Shown: one piece after another, positions 1 to 13,884 of the stretch
How the letters are laid out: every line of letters starts with the position of its first letter
Position numbering within the stretch: position 1 is the first letter of the stretch
DNA from: the human T2T-CHM13v2.0 reference genome, Homo sapiens
Strand: one strand, 5' to 3'
Assembly (NCBI RefSeq): GCF_009914755.1
Contig: NC_060935.1
Length of the DNA stretch: 64,000 nt
Program-made: the position numbers and the translations under genes
The notes under the pieces: model-generated
What the model saw: the letters and a program-made list of their open reading frames with translations, nothing else
Databases searched by the model: none
What the model was told of the DNA's origin: nothing

Positions 1-559
1 GTTCTATGACAAAAGATCCATCCTGTTCCCTTCCAGGGTCTACAGCGTTCCTCTCCAAGTGCCTGAGGTTTTGGTCCGTACTCTGCAAAATTGGTCTGTT
101 ACATCCAGTAGCTCTAACTTCACCTTTTCCAATTATTTTCTGCTGATACCTGGAACTTTCATCCTGAAGATTCAGGTGCAGGAGGGTCAATATTGCTTTT
201 TGAAATTCACAGAGATGCGTCATGCCTCCTACTTTGGCCTGTTTGAGCACCGTGAGGGGATTTGGACAACAGCGTCTTCAACCTACTGGCCATCACCTTT
301 TTCATCCAGGAGCATGTCAATCCAACAAGAGAATTCAGGCAGCCTAACCAGATTTAAGCATGAGTCCCCTAGATCCTTTTGTAGCCAGGTTGCTACCCAA
401 AGGGTGGGCCAACTATGCTGGCCTGGGGTTGCTGTCAAGGGAAGAAAATAACTCATGTTCCCAGGAATGGTCAAGCAGAAATCCTGAATTTGAAAAAACC
501 TTCATTGTTCCCTCCATTTATTTTGTCCTGTTGATTATGCAGGAAATAGCAGGAAAGAG

Positions 560-1310
560 ATGATCCCTTTCTTGGATCAGCCACTTTCGGGGGCCAAAGC
601 ACCCTATTAAGGTGTGTGGAGTGGGAGGACATGAGGGAAAAAGAGACAGAAATCTTTCTGATTCAATTTTTCAGAGGCTATTCCAAAGCTTGGTGATACC
701 AGATGCCTGTGGATGATGGGGAGAATTAAAGCCCGTCAAGTAATCCTTGACTATCAAATCCATTATTTAATCATTTTTGTGATGAAAGGTGCAGCATTGC
801 TAGACTGAAGATACTCTGGAAAGCCTAGCACATGACACAGGTTGGTCTGATGAAAGGTGAAGCATTGCTAGACTGAAGATACTCTGGAAGGCCTAGCACA
901 TGACACAAGTTGGTCTCAAAGGCCACACTAGCATGGGGAGCAGAATCAGATTACACTGGAGCAGCAGCACTGTATCCTGCAAGAGTGGCCGGCAGTGAGG
1001 CAGCATCAATAGCCCTGAGAGGGGGTCAAAAGTCAGACTGAGTGAGTGAGTCTTCCAGAACTGGGCAGGGGTAATTCCCCATGCCATGCAACCTTTCCCA
1101 CTGAGACAGAGATCACCTTTTGTCAGGAGTCACCAAGTGTGAAATGCAGTGGTAGTCCCTGCATTCGAAACATAGAGTCTTTTACTGTGTGCCTAGTCTA
1201 GGAAGGCGGACATGTTGCCACATCTAGGATGATGATGGATCCATGCACCAATGGTGTCCATGTTTCACCAAGGCTCCATCAGCAACTTGATTTTGCCTGG
1301 TCTCATGAGG
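560..1310 (-). pseudogene. Degenerate retroviral integrase (pol) coding remnant
   Basis: Manual minus-strand translation across frameshifts: IGAWIHHHPRCGNMSAFLD*AHSKRL (N-terminal Zn-finger region), GITPAQFWKTH, LTPSQGY*CCLTA, LCHVLGFPEYLQSSNAAPFITKMIK*W, FNSPHHPQASGITKLWNSL*K. These are collinear with ERVL integrase (IAQWAHEQSGH...WQVDYIGPL...HGIPHSIASDQGTHF...HVPHHPEAAGLIERWNGLLK). Confidence 0.85.
781..916 (+). repeat. 68-bp tandem duplication (2 copies)
   Basis: 781-848 vs 849-916, 3 mismatches, no indels. Confidence 0.97.
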
Positions 1311-1611
1311 GAACAGGCGTTTGTTGTGTCATCTCTGTGAGTGGCCTAGGTGGTTTGTGGGTGCCTACACCCATCAGATTCCCTTCATTCTGAGCCCCTT
1401 CCCTCCTTATGGCTCCTTAGCATACTTTCCTGGGTGCATATGTCCTGCAATACCTCTTGAGGGAGCACCAAGAAATACCAGCCCCTCTCATAATCATCTT
1501 TCTCTTTAAAGCAGTTGAGGTCAGAGTAGAGGGGGTAGGAAGGATCAAGGGGTGTGAAGGTCGAGAGCAGTTTCATGCCAATAAGCAAGGCACAACCAAA
1601 CACATTTCTAA

Positions 1612-1966
1612 TGTTATGGACTGCACAATTGTGTCCTTCCAAAATTCACCTGTTGAAACCCTAACCCTCAATGGGATAGTTTTGGGAGATGGGGACTTTG
1701 AAGGTGATTGGATCATGAGGTTGGAGCCCTCATAATGGAATTAGTGCCTTTATACGAAGAGACACAAGAGAGCTCCCTCTCTGCTGTCCTCCCTGTGAGA
1801 ACACAACAAGAAGGCAGCCATCAGGAAACCAGGAGGCGGGCCCTTGCCCTCCAGATCTGCTGGCATCTGGATCTTGGACTTCCCAGCCTCAAAAACCCTG
1901 AGGAACAAATGTTTGAACCACTCTGTCTATGGTAATTTGTTACAGATGATCTAACTGGCCAAGACA
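1612..1966 (+). mobile_element. MLT1A-family MaLR solo LTR
   Basis: TGTTATGGACTG...AAAATTCACCTGTTGAAACCCTAACC...CTTGGACTTCCCAGCCTC...AAGACA matches the MLT1A layout; TG...CA termini; CTAA on both flanks. Confidence 0.88.
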
Positions 1967-2360
1967 CTAATGTTTGCAATCCACACAAAGTTCCGTGTCC
2001 TCATTGCTTATGCCATTTACCCTGACTGTGGACCCTTGGGCTCAGCAGCTGCAGCCTTCTTGTCAGCTGGGGCTCAGGTTGCCACCCCATTTTCATGAAA
2101 ACATCCCTCCCTCCTTCCACCCCAAGTAGTGTGAGCAATGACCACACTGTCCTTCAGCAGCTCGTTTTATTCCTACTTCTCACTGCAACCTCCAAACGTT
2201 CATTAATAGGTCGGATAGTGAAGATCCTTACTCACTGCATCCCCCACCCATCAGTGTGAAATAGCGTTTGCTACAGGGTGTCAAGGAGTCATTTCATATC
2301 CCTGACACAGCCTGGGACGCCCACTTCCTTACTTTTCCAGAAAGCTACATCTTTGTCAGC

Positions 2361-2378
2361 ATCCCATTCTCATCACTG
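2361..2378 (-). promoter_or_regulatory. Decayed retroviral primer-binding site (tRNA-Ser GCT type)
   Basis: Minus strand CAGTGATGAGAATGGGAT vs TGGCGACGAGGATGGGAT (13/18; two of the changes are CpG decay), 5 nt from the LTR end. Confidence 0.6.
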
Positions 2379-2383
2379 AAATC

Positions 2384-2848
2384 TGTCAGGAACTGTGATG
2401 GATCTGAGATTTTACCCCACAAAAGACACGAGACTCCTGGGTCCTAGGCAAAAGACTTTATTACTGTGGCACAGCCAGTGGTATGAGCTTCAAGTTCACA
2501 CCAGCTCGCCATGCTCCCCAAGCACCCCAAATCCACAGGTGTGACCCAGAGCAGCGCAAATGGAGGCTAGACACTTGGGTTGTGTTTGCATGACAGCTGG
2601 ATAACTCTGAGTTTGGGGAACCTGGATCTTTTATAATGGACTGCAAGTAAACCTGCTCAACTTTTGCCTGGGAGGGAAATATTATTTTTGTTATACTGGG
2701 TGTTAAAGAAAACATGTCCTCTGCTCAGAAGGGAGATATTATCTCTGTCTTTCAGGTTGTTCAGTCTACAAATATCCATGAAAAGATAGGTCCTCTTCTT
2801 GCAATATGTGCAGAAATGCAAGACACCCATGGAGAATATCTCCTGTGA
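2384..2848 (-). mobile_element. LTR40-like ERVL LTR (5' LTR of the provirus to its left)
   Basis: Minus strand begins ...GGAGATATTCTCCATGGGTGTCTTGCATTTCTGCACAT (LTR40-type 5' end); AATAAAGTCTTT polyA signal; ends CCTGACA next to the PBS. Confidence 0.75.
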
Positions 2849-2944
2849 CCTTGCTAAAAGGATTCTAGCCAGAGGCACTGAGCAGGTTATTGTTGGAGCT
2901 CTACTCCTATGTTGAGAGCATCCCTTGATTCAGCCATTATGTAG

Positions 2945-3030
2945 GATAACATGCCAGGCTCTGGAATAGGCACAGGGTAGTGAATAAATAACACAGTAAT
3001 TGTTTCTGCCCTGACAGAGCTTATACAGAC
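2945..3030 (-). mobile_element. L2 3' fragment
   Basis: ATGCCAGGCTCTG...GTGAATAAA...CTGCCCTGACAGAGCTTATA, an L2 3'-end pattern. Confidence 0.5.
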
Positions 3031-3032
3031 AA

Positions 3033-3245
3033 AATAATAATGATGACAGCTACACTTATATAGTGCTCACTATGCACTAGGCCTTTTCTGAGTAATTTAT
3101 ATGTACCTACTTATTTAATCATCAGAATGACACTTTGAGGTAGATACTGTGGCTATCATTCTCATATTTATGGATCAGAAAACAGAGAGAGAGTGTTAGA
3201 GTCAGAATCCAAGCCCAGGTAGTTTCTGAATGTATGCTTCTAATC
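3033..3245 (-). mobile_element. MIR SINE
   Basis: TAGTGCTCACTATGCACTAGGC...ATTTAATCATCA...TGAGGTAGATACT...GAAAACAGAG...CCAAGCCCAGG. Confidence 0.75.
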
Positions 3246-4739
3246 TGTCTTAGTATAACTAAGTACGCTAGTTATACTTAGTATAAGTCTGTCTTACATG
3301 GCTTCTAGTGGAATTACCACACAGGATTATAAATTCAGTGATTTTATAATAAAAGATGAACTGGGGACATCTAGGAGGAGTTTCTAAGCCAGACCAAAGG
3401 GCTGCCCAGAAGAAGAGATATCTAAGAACAGTCCAGAAGGGTGAGTGGACATTAACCAAGGGAGCTGGAGAAGACAGTTCTCAGCAGGGAAACCGCGTGT
3501 GCAGAGGCCCAGGGGTTGGTTGGGGGCTTCCTGAGATGACAGTAACATCTACTTAGATGGGTCATTTGTTGTAAGGCACACATTTATTTGGAATGAGTCA
3601 GCTGGTGAAATTTCCCCCAGACTTCTAATTCACAGCTCTTTGTTTTCCGTGTATTTTTAACTAAAATATGCAACACTTCTACTGTTGAGATATCACAGCA
3701 GCCTCTAAAGTGTCAGCAAAATAAGCCAGGGCATAGCCAAAGTGACAAGTGAAACCCAGCATTATTTGAATTTATTTTGATTTTTGTAGAATTCAAGTGT
3801 CTAATTATTAATATTAAGCAAGTAGAGAAATTAAGGCAAGATACACATGGGATTATGGGACACAAGAAAAAAATAAATATTCAAAGCTTCAAAGACTTTT
3901 TGGATATGAATAGCTTCTTTGATGGTCTCTCTTCATTATGGAATCCTGTTAGGCATCATTGTCCCTGTGATCAATGGCTAGATCTGGCCATCATCGTCAG
4001 CCTCCCAGTAGCCTGGGTGAGGCTCCCTGGGTTGTGAGTGAAGACTGGTTATCCTGGTCTTTCCCATGCTCATTCCACATTTTAATGCAGTATCACCAGC
4101 TTGAGAGTGCCATGTGATCTGACAGCTTTGAATAATTGATGCCCCTCATACTAAAGGAGAGTTTAGGTTTTGTGGTTCAGCAGGATGCTTTACTCTTGTT
4201 GACCTTAACCTTCAGAGGCACTCGGGCATTACCAAGAGATCAATAAAACTTACCCTGGCTGGTCTGTGAGGACAGGAGCCTGACAGAGAGTGATGATCAA
4301 GAGGAGAGGATGGGAGGATTACGCTGGAACCTGGGGAAGAAAAGGGAGGATGTGTGGGGTAGAGTGGGGAAAGGGGTGGAAATAGAATAGGGGAGCATCG
4401 CAGAATGAGGGAGACAGGAGCTCCGAAAACGATGAAGTGCATGACAAAGCAATGGAAAACAAGGGTTGAACAGAGGAGAAAGAGTATCAGGAGGAACATA
4501 TACAGAAGCCAAGAGGATGAATGAGGGACGCACAGGCCAGGAAAGGAGCTCTGATCTGTAACCCTCCTCCAGTCTGTGGTTGCAAAGCTGTACAGTGGAG
4601 GGAGGTCACCAGGGACTCAACGTCTCCTGGGAAGCAGACAAGGAAATAACTTATAGAGTGAGGCAGAATAAAATAAGGGTTGTAAGAAAGGAATGCAGTC
4701 ACTGCTGGGCATTGGAGGCACATAAAAGGGACTTTAATG

Positions 4740-4985
4740 CTTGAATGCCAACTACATGCTAAAAGGGCATCGGCACATTATTTTAATTAATTATTATTAA
4801 TTGTATTATTAAATATTGTAATTATTACATAATATTTAGACTAATTGTCAAATGAAAGTCTCAGGTAGGAATTATTGTCCTCATGCTAATGATGAAGAAT
4901 AGAAGCTTAACGAGGTTGAGTGCTTTGAGTAAGCTCGCTGATCAGTGGTGGAGCTGGAGGAGGCTTGTGACTCTGAAGCATCTTT
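4740..4985 (-). mobile_element. MIR SINE with an AT-rich low-complexity insert
   Basis: AGGTAGGAATTATTGTCCTCAT...GATGAAGAA...AGGTTGAGTG...GGTGGAGCTGG...TGACTCTGAAGC. Confidence 0.6.
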
Positions 4986-5194
4986 CAACTCTTGTCACTG
5001 TCTCAGGCTGCCGCCCAGAAAGGCAAACATTGGAGTGATTTATTCTTACAAAGGCACTGGAGAAAACTTCAGTGGACTATCAGCTAATTGAAGGTGAGGA
5101 CTGTGTCTGAGTTTTCAAATCTGCCATGGCTAGCATAGTAAACACTGCATAAGAATACTAAATAGTACATGGAAAAAGGAAGGGTTGGAGCTTG

Positions 5195-5300
5195 GGTAGG
5201 TAGGTAGAGAGCAAAGGAGGGAGGGAGGGAAGGGGGAAGGAAAGGAGGGAGGGAGGGAGGGAAGGGGGAAGGAAAGGAAACATGAGAGGGAAGGGAGGAA
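5195..5300 (+). repeat. Purine-rich (GGGA/GGAA)n low-complexity tract
   Basis: Directly visible. Confidence 0.9.
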
Positions 5301-5503
5301 TGGTATTTGTGCTGAATCCAGAAAAACAAATTGCATTTTTCTGGGGGTGATGGTAGGATGAAGAACACTCGAGGGTGAGTTAATAGCATAATCAATATAG
5401 AGTTTGCATTTGTGTGATAAAAAAATGACAAAAATTCACTCTAGCCAGAGTCTAGTTGGAAGAAAATAGTGGGAGATGAGTTTGCTGAAACAGAATGGAT
5501 CCT

Positions 5504-6650
5504 GATTCATTCATTCATTCAACAAATATTTACCGAGGCAGAATAAACTAAGAGTTGCAGTAAAGGCACAGCTATGAATAGGCACTGCTAAAAGAGCCTA
5601 GGATACATCAGTGAACAAAACCAACAAATACACTTTCCCTCACAGAGCTTACATTCTAGTGAAAAGAGACAGACAATAAACATAATACATGAATAAAGTC
5701 TACAGTATGCAAAAGGTGACACATGCTATTGGGTAGGGGAAAAAAGCAGAATAGTTGAACAAGAGATACAGGGACAAGTCCAAATAGTATATTTAGGTTA
5801 ACCATTATGGAGGCGATGTTTAGCAATATCTTGAAAGAGGTGAAGGAATGATTAACGCATTTTCCTAGGAAATAAATTCCAGGCAGAAGGGACAGGCTAT
5901 GTAAAAACCTGAAGACAGAAGTGGACCTGGAGTGTCCATGGGCAGGGGTGGCTGGGATGCAGAGTGTGGTGTCAGGTAAGTAGTTGGAGAGGTGACAGCA
6001 GTCTCGATCAGGTCAGGTCTCAGGGACCCTCTCACCATGACAGAAACAGGACCCAGTGGATGGCTTTGAGCAGGGTAGGGGTAGAATGGAATGTGTTCTA
6101 AAATGGGACGCTGGCCTCTGTGTGAGGACAGACATGGTGGCAAGTGGTCAGATAGGAAGCTGCTGCTGTTGTCACTCACAGATGGTGGTGAGGAAGGTGC
6201 CCAGGGTCAGATTGTGAATACCTTTAGAAGGAAGAGCCAGTAAGACTTGCTGATGGGTTACATGTGGGATGTGAGGGAAAGAGAGGTGTCAAGAGCAATT
6301 CCAGGGCTTCTGGCCAAGTTGCCACTATCTAAGATGGGCTATGATGTGGGCAAAGCAAGTTTGCTGGAAAAGATCAGGAGTTATGTTGTCCACATTAAGA
6401 TGAAATGAGTGTTAGACATAAAAGCGGACATGCCAAGTGGACAGGTGAATATAAAAGAGGCTGGCACGGAAGAGTGATGTCTTGTAGGAGATTTACACTG
6501 GAGTGGGGTCATCAGCACACACATGGTATTTAAGACTGTGAGATAGAAGAGATCATCAGATGGAGAATAGAAGAGGTCCAGGCATCGTGGGTGGTCTCAA
6601 ATGCCATACCCACAGTTCGAAACTTTAATTTATGATCAGTGGGGGGCAAC
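5504..6650 (-). mobile_element. L2a LINE 3' portion
   Basis: (ATTC)n AACAAATATTTA terminus, GGATACATCAGTGAACAAAAC, GAGCTTACATTCTAGT, GAGCCAGTAAGACTTGCTGATGG, GGGATGTGAGGGAAAGAGAGGTGTCAAG. Confidence 0.85.
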
Positions 6651-8470
6651 TGATATATACTTTTGGAGGATAGGCATATCACGGTCTCAGCTGGGCTTGT
6701 TTCATTGATGCTTTTTTTTGTTTGCCTGTTTTGTGCAGAGACCACACTGAGGTCATGTGTAGGTTGGCCCTGGGAAGGCCAAACAGGAGGCTGGTGCACC
6801 GAGCCACATGAAGGTGGGATGAGGACCAAGCCAGGACCATTTTAATGGGCCAGGGAGGAGCAAGGAGCAGGCAGAGATAAAGGGAAGAAGGGAAAAGACA
6901 ACCAACTTCCCTTTCACTCAGTTCAAAACAGCAATCACCAGATCAATAGAGAAGAAAACATAATTTAAGCCTGAAACGAAGGTTTTTGTGTTTTCTTCTC
7001 TCTCTTTTTTGCTGCTTGAGGCATGGCAATGCTTGATAATGCTTTGCTTCCTGGGGGCATAGCTGACAACAGTGGGGAAGGAAATAGAGACAAGGTTTTC
7101 AGTATTTTAGAAATCTGGTTTCTATCTGAACTGTGGAGGGTGAGGAGCCTGCTTTTCTCATTAACTGGTCAGCATGTTCAGAATCTGAGAGGGAATTTTT
7201 GAGACAAACAGATCTGAATGCCTTCAGATAGAAAGATGGAAATGTTTCTCCTCCCCAAAGTCCCTTGACCTTTTAAATAATTGCCATTATACCAACCATA
7301 TATAGGAATCGGCTAGAAATAACATAAATAAATGCGAAACCATGTGCCTACACGTGCTAGCTAGTGTTTTACCAACAAGAATGGGTACAATTTAAAATCA
7401 CCTTTATACAATTATCACAATGCACTCTCACAATGATCTTGTAAAGTGAATAAGGATCTCCTCCCCTACATATTTTACTGGGAAATAAAAAACAAAAAAC
7501 TAAGACGTAAGCAGGCTGTGACTTGCTCATGTCAGAGAGAAACAGAACCAAGAATCAAACCAGTTTGTGAGCGGAGGTCTGCTTCTCCACGGTGTTTGCT
7601 CTCTGGAGACAGAGGGACCATGCCACTGAATACACTGGACCCTGGTATCCAGTGCATCCTCAGGCCCATAATTTGCCATTGAACAGTTCATGATCCTCTA
7701 AACTTGGCGTCCTCCCCAGCACCTGTTTCTTAAACATATTAAGGTTAAAGAGTGGCAGGTGGCGGCCCTTCTTCCAATCGTACCCAGCAAAAGTAGGCTC
7801 AGGGGCTCACATCTGGAGATACAAAGGGATGCCCATTTCTGTGTCTCTTGCCTGATCTTGAAATTACCCATCTTGCCTGATCAGCGTTTCTGTCTTCCTG
7901 ACTCCATGTGCTTTCCTTCTGAGTCTTTCTGGACTGCCCTCATGTGCTGTAGTAAAAGTGTAGCAGCGTTTCAAGCTATGGGGTTATTGCTGGGATATTT
8001 TATATCTAACAGGCATGGGGGTGATAATTCCTTTTTCACTTTTATAATTCACACATATCCTCCCCCGAAATGCATTTCGTATAGAGCTTTTAGGCAACTG
8101 AACACAAAGAGCCTTCCACCCCCTTAATTCTCCTGATCCTTATTTCAACTATTTTCCCACTGGCTTTTTCTCTTACTGCACTTTGGGCCAACTGAAAGCC
8201 AGTGGTGTTTAAGAACTCCCTTATGGATTATTTGTCAGTAGGCAAGGGGATGCTACCTCTATACCTGAAACTTCCATAATCAAGCACAGTTTATTACAGA
8301 GCAAATACAGGACAGTAGCAGGGCTTTTAAAAATCAATTAGTGTGCAATTCAAGATTAAAAACAGAAGAGGGCTAATTCTATTTTTCATTTGGATGGTAG
8401 GCTGCTTAAGGAATAATAGTACAAAGACTGAAGTCATTACAGGAATAATCAGAAGTTTACCCAGGTGTCT

Positions 8471-8569
8471 TTCTGAGCCCCTTTCCTCCTCAAGGCTCAG
8501 TAGCTTACTTTCCTGGGTTCATGTGTCCTGCAGTTCCTCTTGAGTGAGCACCAAGAAATACTAGCCTCT
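8471..8569 (+). repeat. 99-bp dispersed direct copy of 1388-1486
   Basis: Ungapped alignment, about 13 mismatches in 99 nt. Confidence 0.92.
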
Positions 8570-9108
8570 GTGAATGACAGGTGGGGGCTTCATGAGAGCT
8601 GGAGGTGATCGAAGACAGGTCACATTCTCCTAAAACCTCTGATGGTGTTTTCTCTTCCTATGCTAGAATCTACTCCATTCTTTTAGCTGTACTCTGTATG
8701 AATCATATGTACTTGTTCATGTTTTTCTGCAATTACTCAAAACTGTGTCTTCTTGACATATGCTGTTTGTCCATCAGCTCCAGAGAGCAGGCTCCTTTAA
8801 TCTGTTGGCTTTGGAGACTGAGCAAGGGGAGGCAGGGTGAGTCCTCCATGCCTTTCACTATGGATTAGCCACATAATAGATGTTGGGGTTTCATAGTTTG
8901 GGGTTTTGTGGCATATGATGTGAATAGAAGCACTTTAGACTCTCGGCAGATCTATCTCTTTGAAGTTCTCTTATTATGTCTAATTTTGAGTACTGCACAG
9001 AATAGCTATAAATTTTGACAATGATAACCTGCTCTCTAACCCCAGGCAACCTGCTCCTCTTCCCTTTTCAATGTTTTCATTTTAGTATAAAGAAAGAGCG
9101 ATGATAAA

Positions 9109-9403
9109 TTTTTTTATTTTTATTTTTTGAGACAGGGTCTTGCTCTGTCACCGAGGCTGGAGTGCAGTGGCACCATCGTGGCTCACTACAGCCTTGACGT
9201 CCTGACTCAAGAGATCCTCCCACCTCAGGCTGCAGAGTAGCAGGGACCACAAGTGCGCAGCACCATGCCTGGCTACTTTCTTTTTATGGACATGACGTCT
9301 CACTGTGTTGCCATGCTGGTCTCGAACTCCTGGGCCCAAGTAATTCTCCTACCTTGACCTCAGAATGTGCTGAGATTACAGATTTGAGCCACTGCACCCA
9401 GCT
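9109..9403 (-). mobile_element. AluJ
   Basis: T-tail then GAGACAGGGTCTTGCTCTGTCACC...CAGCCTTGAC...GATCCTCCCACCTCAG...GAACTCCTGGGC (J-type diagnostics). Confidence 0.92.
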
Positions 9404-11001
9404 AATAATTCTTATATAAAGGCAATGAAAGCAATGCAATTAGAAACTTCACCTGCACCCTGTCACAACCAAATCATAATTGTCCTCATGCATCCAGGTC
9501 AAGAATAATGGTGTTAAAAGCCAGTTATCATGGCTCCAATTTTTCTATGTTGACCTGAACTCAGCTTGTGCTAGTCTTGGGATTTGATTGTATGTTTTCT
9601 GTTTGGCTTCCATGTTCTACCTGCCAGTGGGCTTGGGGACCTCTTGCCACTCTGCACCAGGTAAACTGGAACTCCACATGGACCTTCCGATTTGGTACTG
9701 AGCTGTCATTCATTTGTCAGGCCTAATGTTGCTAATCCTCTTCTGGAAACTTTATCCTTCCCGAATTGGGCCACCTGATTCCTAGCTGAATGTTCACATC
9801 TGCTCCCCATTCCTTCCTAGGACCTGCAGACAGAGGCAGCAGGTACAGTTAAACTGTGGTCCTAGCCTCTGGGATTCAGCAACACTTCCGCTTCGCTGCT
9901 TATCTGACCATTTTTATTCCCAGGCTTATGCCAGTTATGATATACATTCCAATCTTATACCTGGGCTCTCCCCTCATTCTTCATTCCTGATCCCACTCAT
10001 TATTCTTCATTATTTTTACCACAGATGCAGGGTGGCTGAGGGTTGAGTTAATCACATTCCTCAGTTCATAGCACATCATCATCCCTGACAAGGGGATCAT
10101 TGATCCCCAAAAGTGTTATCTTATTTTTCCCCTCATCTCTGATTCTATGCCTTGTCCCTTTCTGCTACAGCTTCCCACACCAAAGCGTTTCATAAATTTC
10201 ATTAAATGTGCATGTGTCTTTATAAAATGTGATGGTGCATTGTATGCATATGTCACTGATTTATCCATTTATTTGATTTATCAGGGCTGTCTTTCCAATT
10301 CCCCTCTAACCCAAACAAGCCTATGACAAACAACCCTTTACAAACCAATGAGAAATTTCCCTAGTTTCATAGCCAGCGGTGATTTTGCTGGGTCATGGGA
10401 CTCCACAGGCTTAATTGTCTAAATAGCTGCCATATTGCTTTTCAATATGGATTTACAAGTGTACACTCGCCAGTAGAGTGCAAGAGTGCCCATCTGCATG
10501 CATCTCCAACAAAACTTAGTTTTCTCTAATCTCTGATTCCCATTTTTAAAACCATGTTCATGGGTATAAAATGACACCTCACTGTTATTTTCATTTGCAT
10601 TTCTCTGGTCACTGGTGTGAGCTCTTTAATTTGTGTGCTTTCTCGGCTTTTTCTTATGTGTATTACTGATTCTTTGGCCTATTTTTTGATTGAACCACCT
10701 ATCTTTTTCTTGTAGATTTTCAGGAAAAAATGCTTGGTATATTCAAGATGTTAATTACTTCTCAGTTGCAGATATTGAAGATATGTGTCAGTAGATATTG
10801 AAGATATGTATCATTTTGCTTTGTCATCTCTTACCATTTGTCAGTGGGGCTCTTCATTTGCGGTATAGTGATTAAGAGCATATATGCTGGAACCAAGCTG
10901 CCTGGGTCCAAATCTTAACTCTGCCTCTGAGCTATGTGACCTCAGTGATGGTCCTTAATCTTCTATCTGTATGTAAAACTGATATATTAAAATGACCATC
11001 T

Positions 11002-11669
<668 letters not shown>

Positions 11670-12802
11670 TCAAAGAAAACAAATAATAATTTCTTTTTTA
11701 GCTTTATAATTTTGCCTTTTCCATTTAGGTAATTAAGATGAAGTCTATCTTACATAATAAAAAATAATCTTAATGTAACAAAAGGTAGGACTATAGCTTT
11801 GTTTCCTCCCACGTTGTGAGCCAGTTTTCCAGTATCATCTACTAAACTGTCTGTCATTCCCATTGCTTTGAGGGACTACTGTTTTCATATGTTGGGTTCC
11901 TGTATTTACATGCTTCTTTTTCTGTGTTTCTGCTTTGGCCTCCACATTACTTTTCTGTTCGTCTGTGCTGATGGAACCCCCGCATAATGTGGCTCTCTTG
12001 GTTTCCATAAGGCTCTCAATAACCACCCTGGAACAGAGGCAGTGTCAGGGTATTAACATAAACATGTTTTTAAAGATAAAAAAGAGTGCCACTTACAATC
12101 TCATGTATAATTTTAAATGAAAGAAAGCCTGTGATTTTGGGGCACTGTTGAGTGAATTGTGTGTCAGCATTCTCATTTTGAACGTGTCTCATTCAGCGAT
12201 GTCTAAATCACTTTGTGCCATCTTACTAAGTAGAAACAATTCAACAATAACCAGGCAGATAAACAAATAATCAAGCAGACCAACAAAAACAAAATAAACA
12301 ACATGTACTTAACAGTTTACTTAAGTAAAGAAAAGATTCGTTCTTTAGGATCTGTGAAGAACTCTAAATGTATTAGAATGACTCCACTTTCCCTAAAGAG
12401 TGTTCTCCCAATCAGGGCTGCCTTTTTCCTCTGTTCCCATCTATAGTCATGTCACCAGGGATGACTGCGCACAAGTGAAGTGGAAAAAACACAGTCAGAT
12501 GTCATATCACCTCTAATCCTTTTTGTGCATCCAGTTCTTCCAATAGGATACAGAGGGGGAAGTTGAGCACAAGATTCTGCAGCGGTAACTCAGGACTTTT
12601 GGGAATTTCAAAGCCTAGAATTCTAAATGTGAGGCCTCTCACTTAGCTCTTACTTTACAGCATGTGGAATAGTTCAGCCCCTCACCATCCAAGGCAAGAC
12701 TGGTGAACCTTTATTAGTGCTTCTCATGTGAAGCATCCATGCTTGTTCCTCCACTCCACAGTGAATCCCTAAGGGCAGGAGGGGAGTGCTTTGTTCTTCT
12801 CA

Positions 12803-13572
<770 letters not shown>

Positions 13573-13884
13573 TGTTCAAATGAATGAATGAATGAATGAA
13601 TTGTGTTAAAATTGTGTCTGTGATAACTTATTCCTTACCCAAAATGCATTTAGGCTAGCTTTTTTTAAGATAGGAGTCCTTTTGCATTTTCCTTAGCACC
13701 TCAGAATATTTGTCCTATAGACAATTTGAACAGTGATGAGCATTTGCATATTTATAATCTACATGTGAACTTATACCTCTTTGCTCTCATGTTAATGAGT
13801 TCAACACATAGTGAGTTAGCATCTTCTGTGAGCATAGCATAACGTCTGAGAGGTGCACAAAAGATACGTGTAATGTGAAAAGAG

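Larger units (their letters stand above)
1..2383 (-). mobile_element. ERVL-class (class III) endogenous retrovirus internal region, internally deleted, probably HERVL40-int; interrupted by an MLT1A LTR; runs off the left window edge
   Basis: Abuts an LTR40-like LTR through a PBS-like sequence; minus-strand translation of ~560-1310 gives ERVL-type integrase motifs; only ~0.7 kb of non-MLT sequence lies between the PBS and the integrase, so most of gag/pro/RT is missing. Confidence 0.8.

Noticed and set aside
59-451. 130-aa + strand ORF
   Set aside because: Antisense to the ERV pol remnant, non-ATG start, no recognisable domain
592-630. + strand peptide GPKHPIKVCGVGG resembling a retroviral protease flap
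   Set aside because: The ERV is on the minus strand and this position lies in the integrase-coding region; no D(T/S)G motif upstream; chance resemblance
10770-10813. 23-bp tandem duplication inside the old L1 (a similar short duplication at ~26183-26228)
   Set aside because: Ordinary slippage products with no further structure
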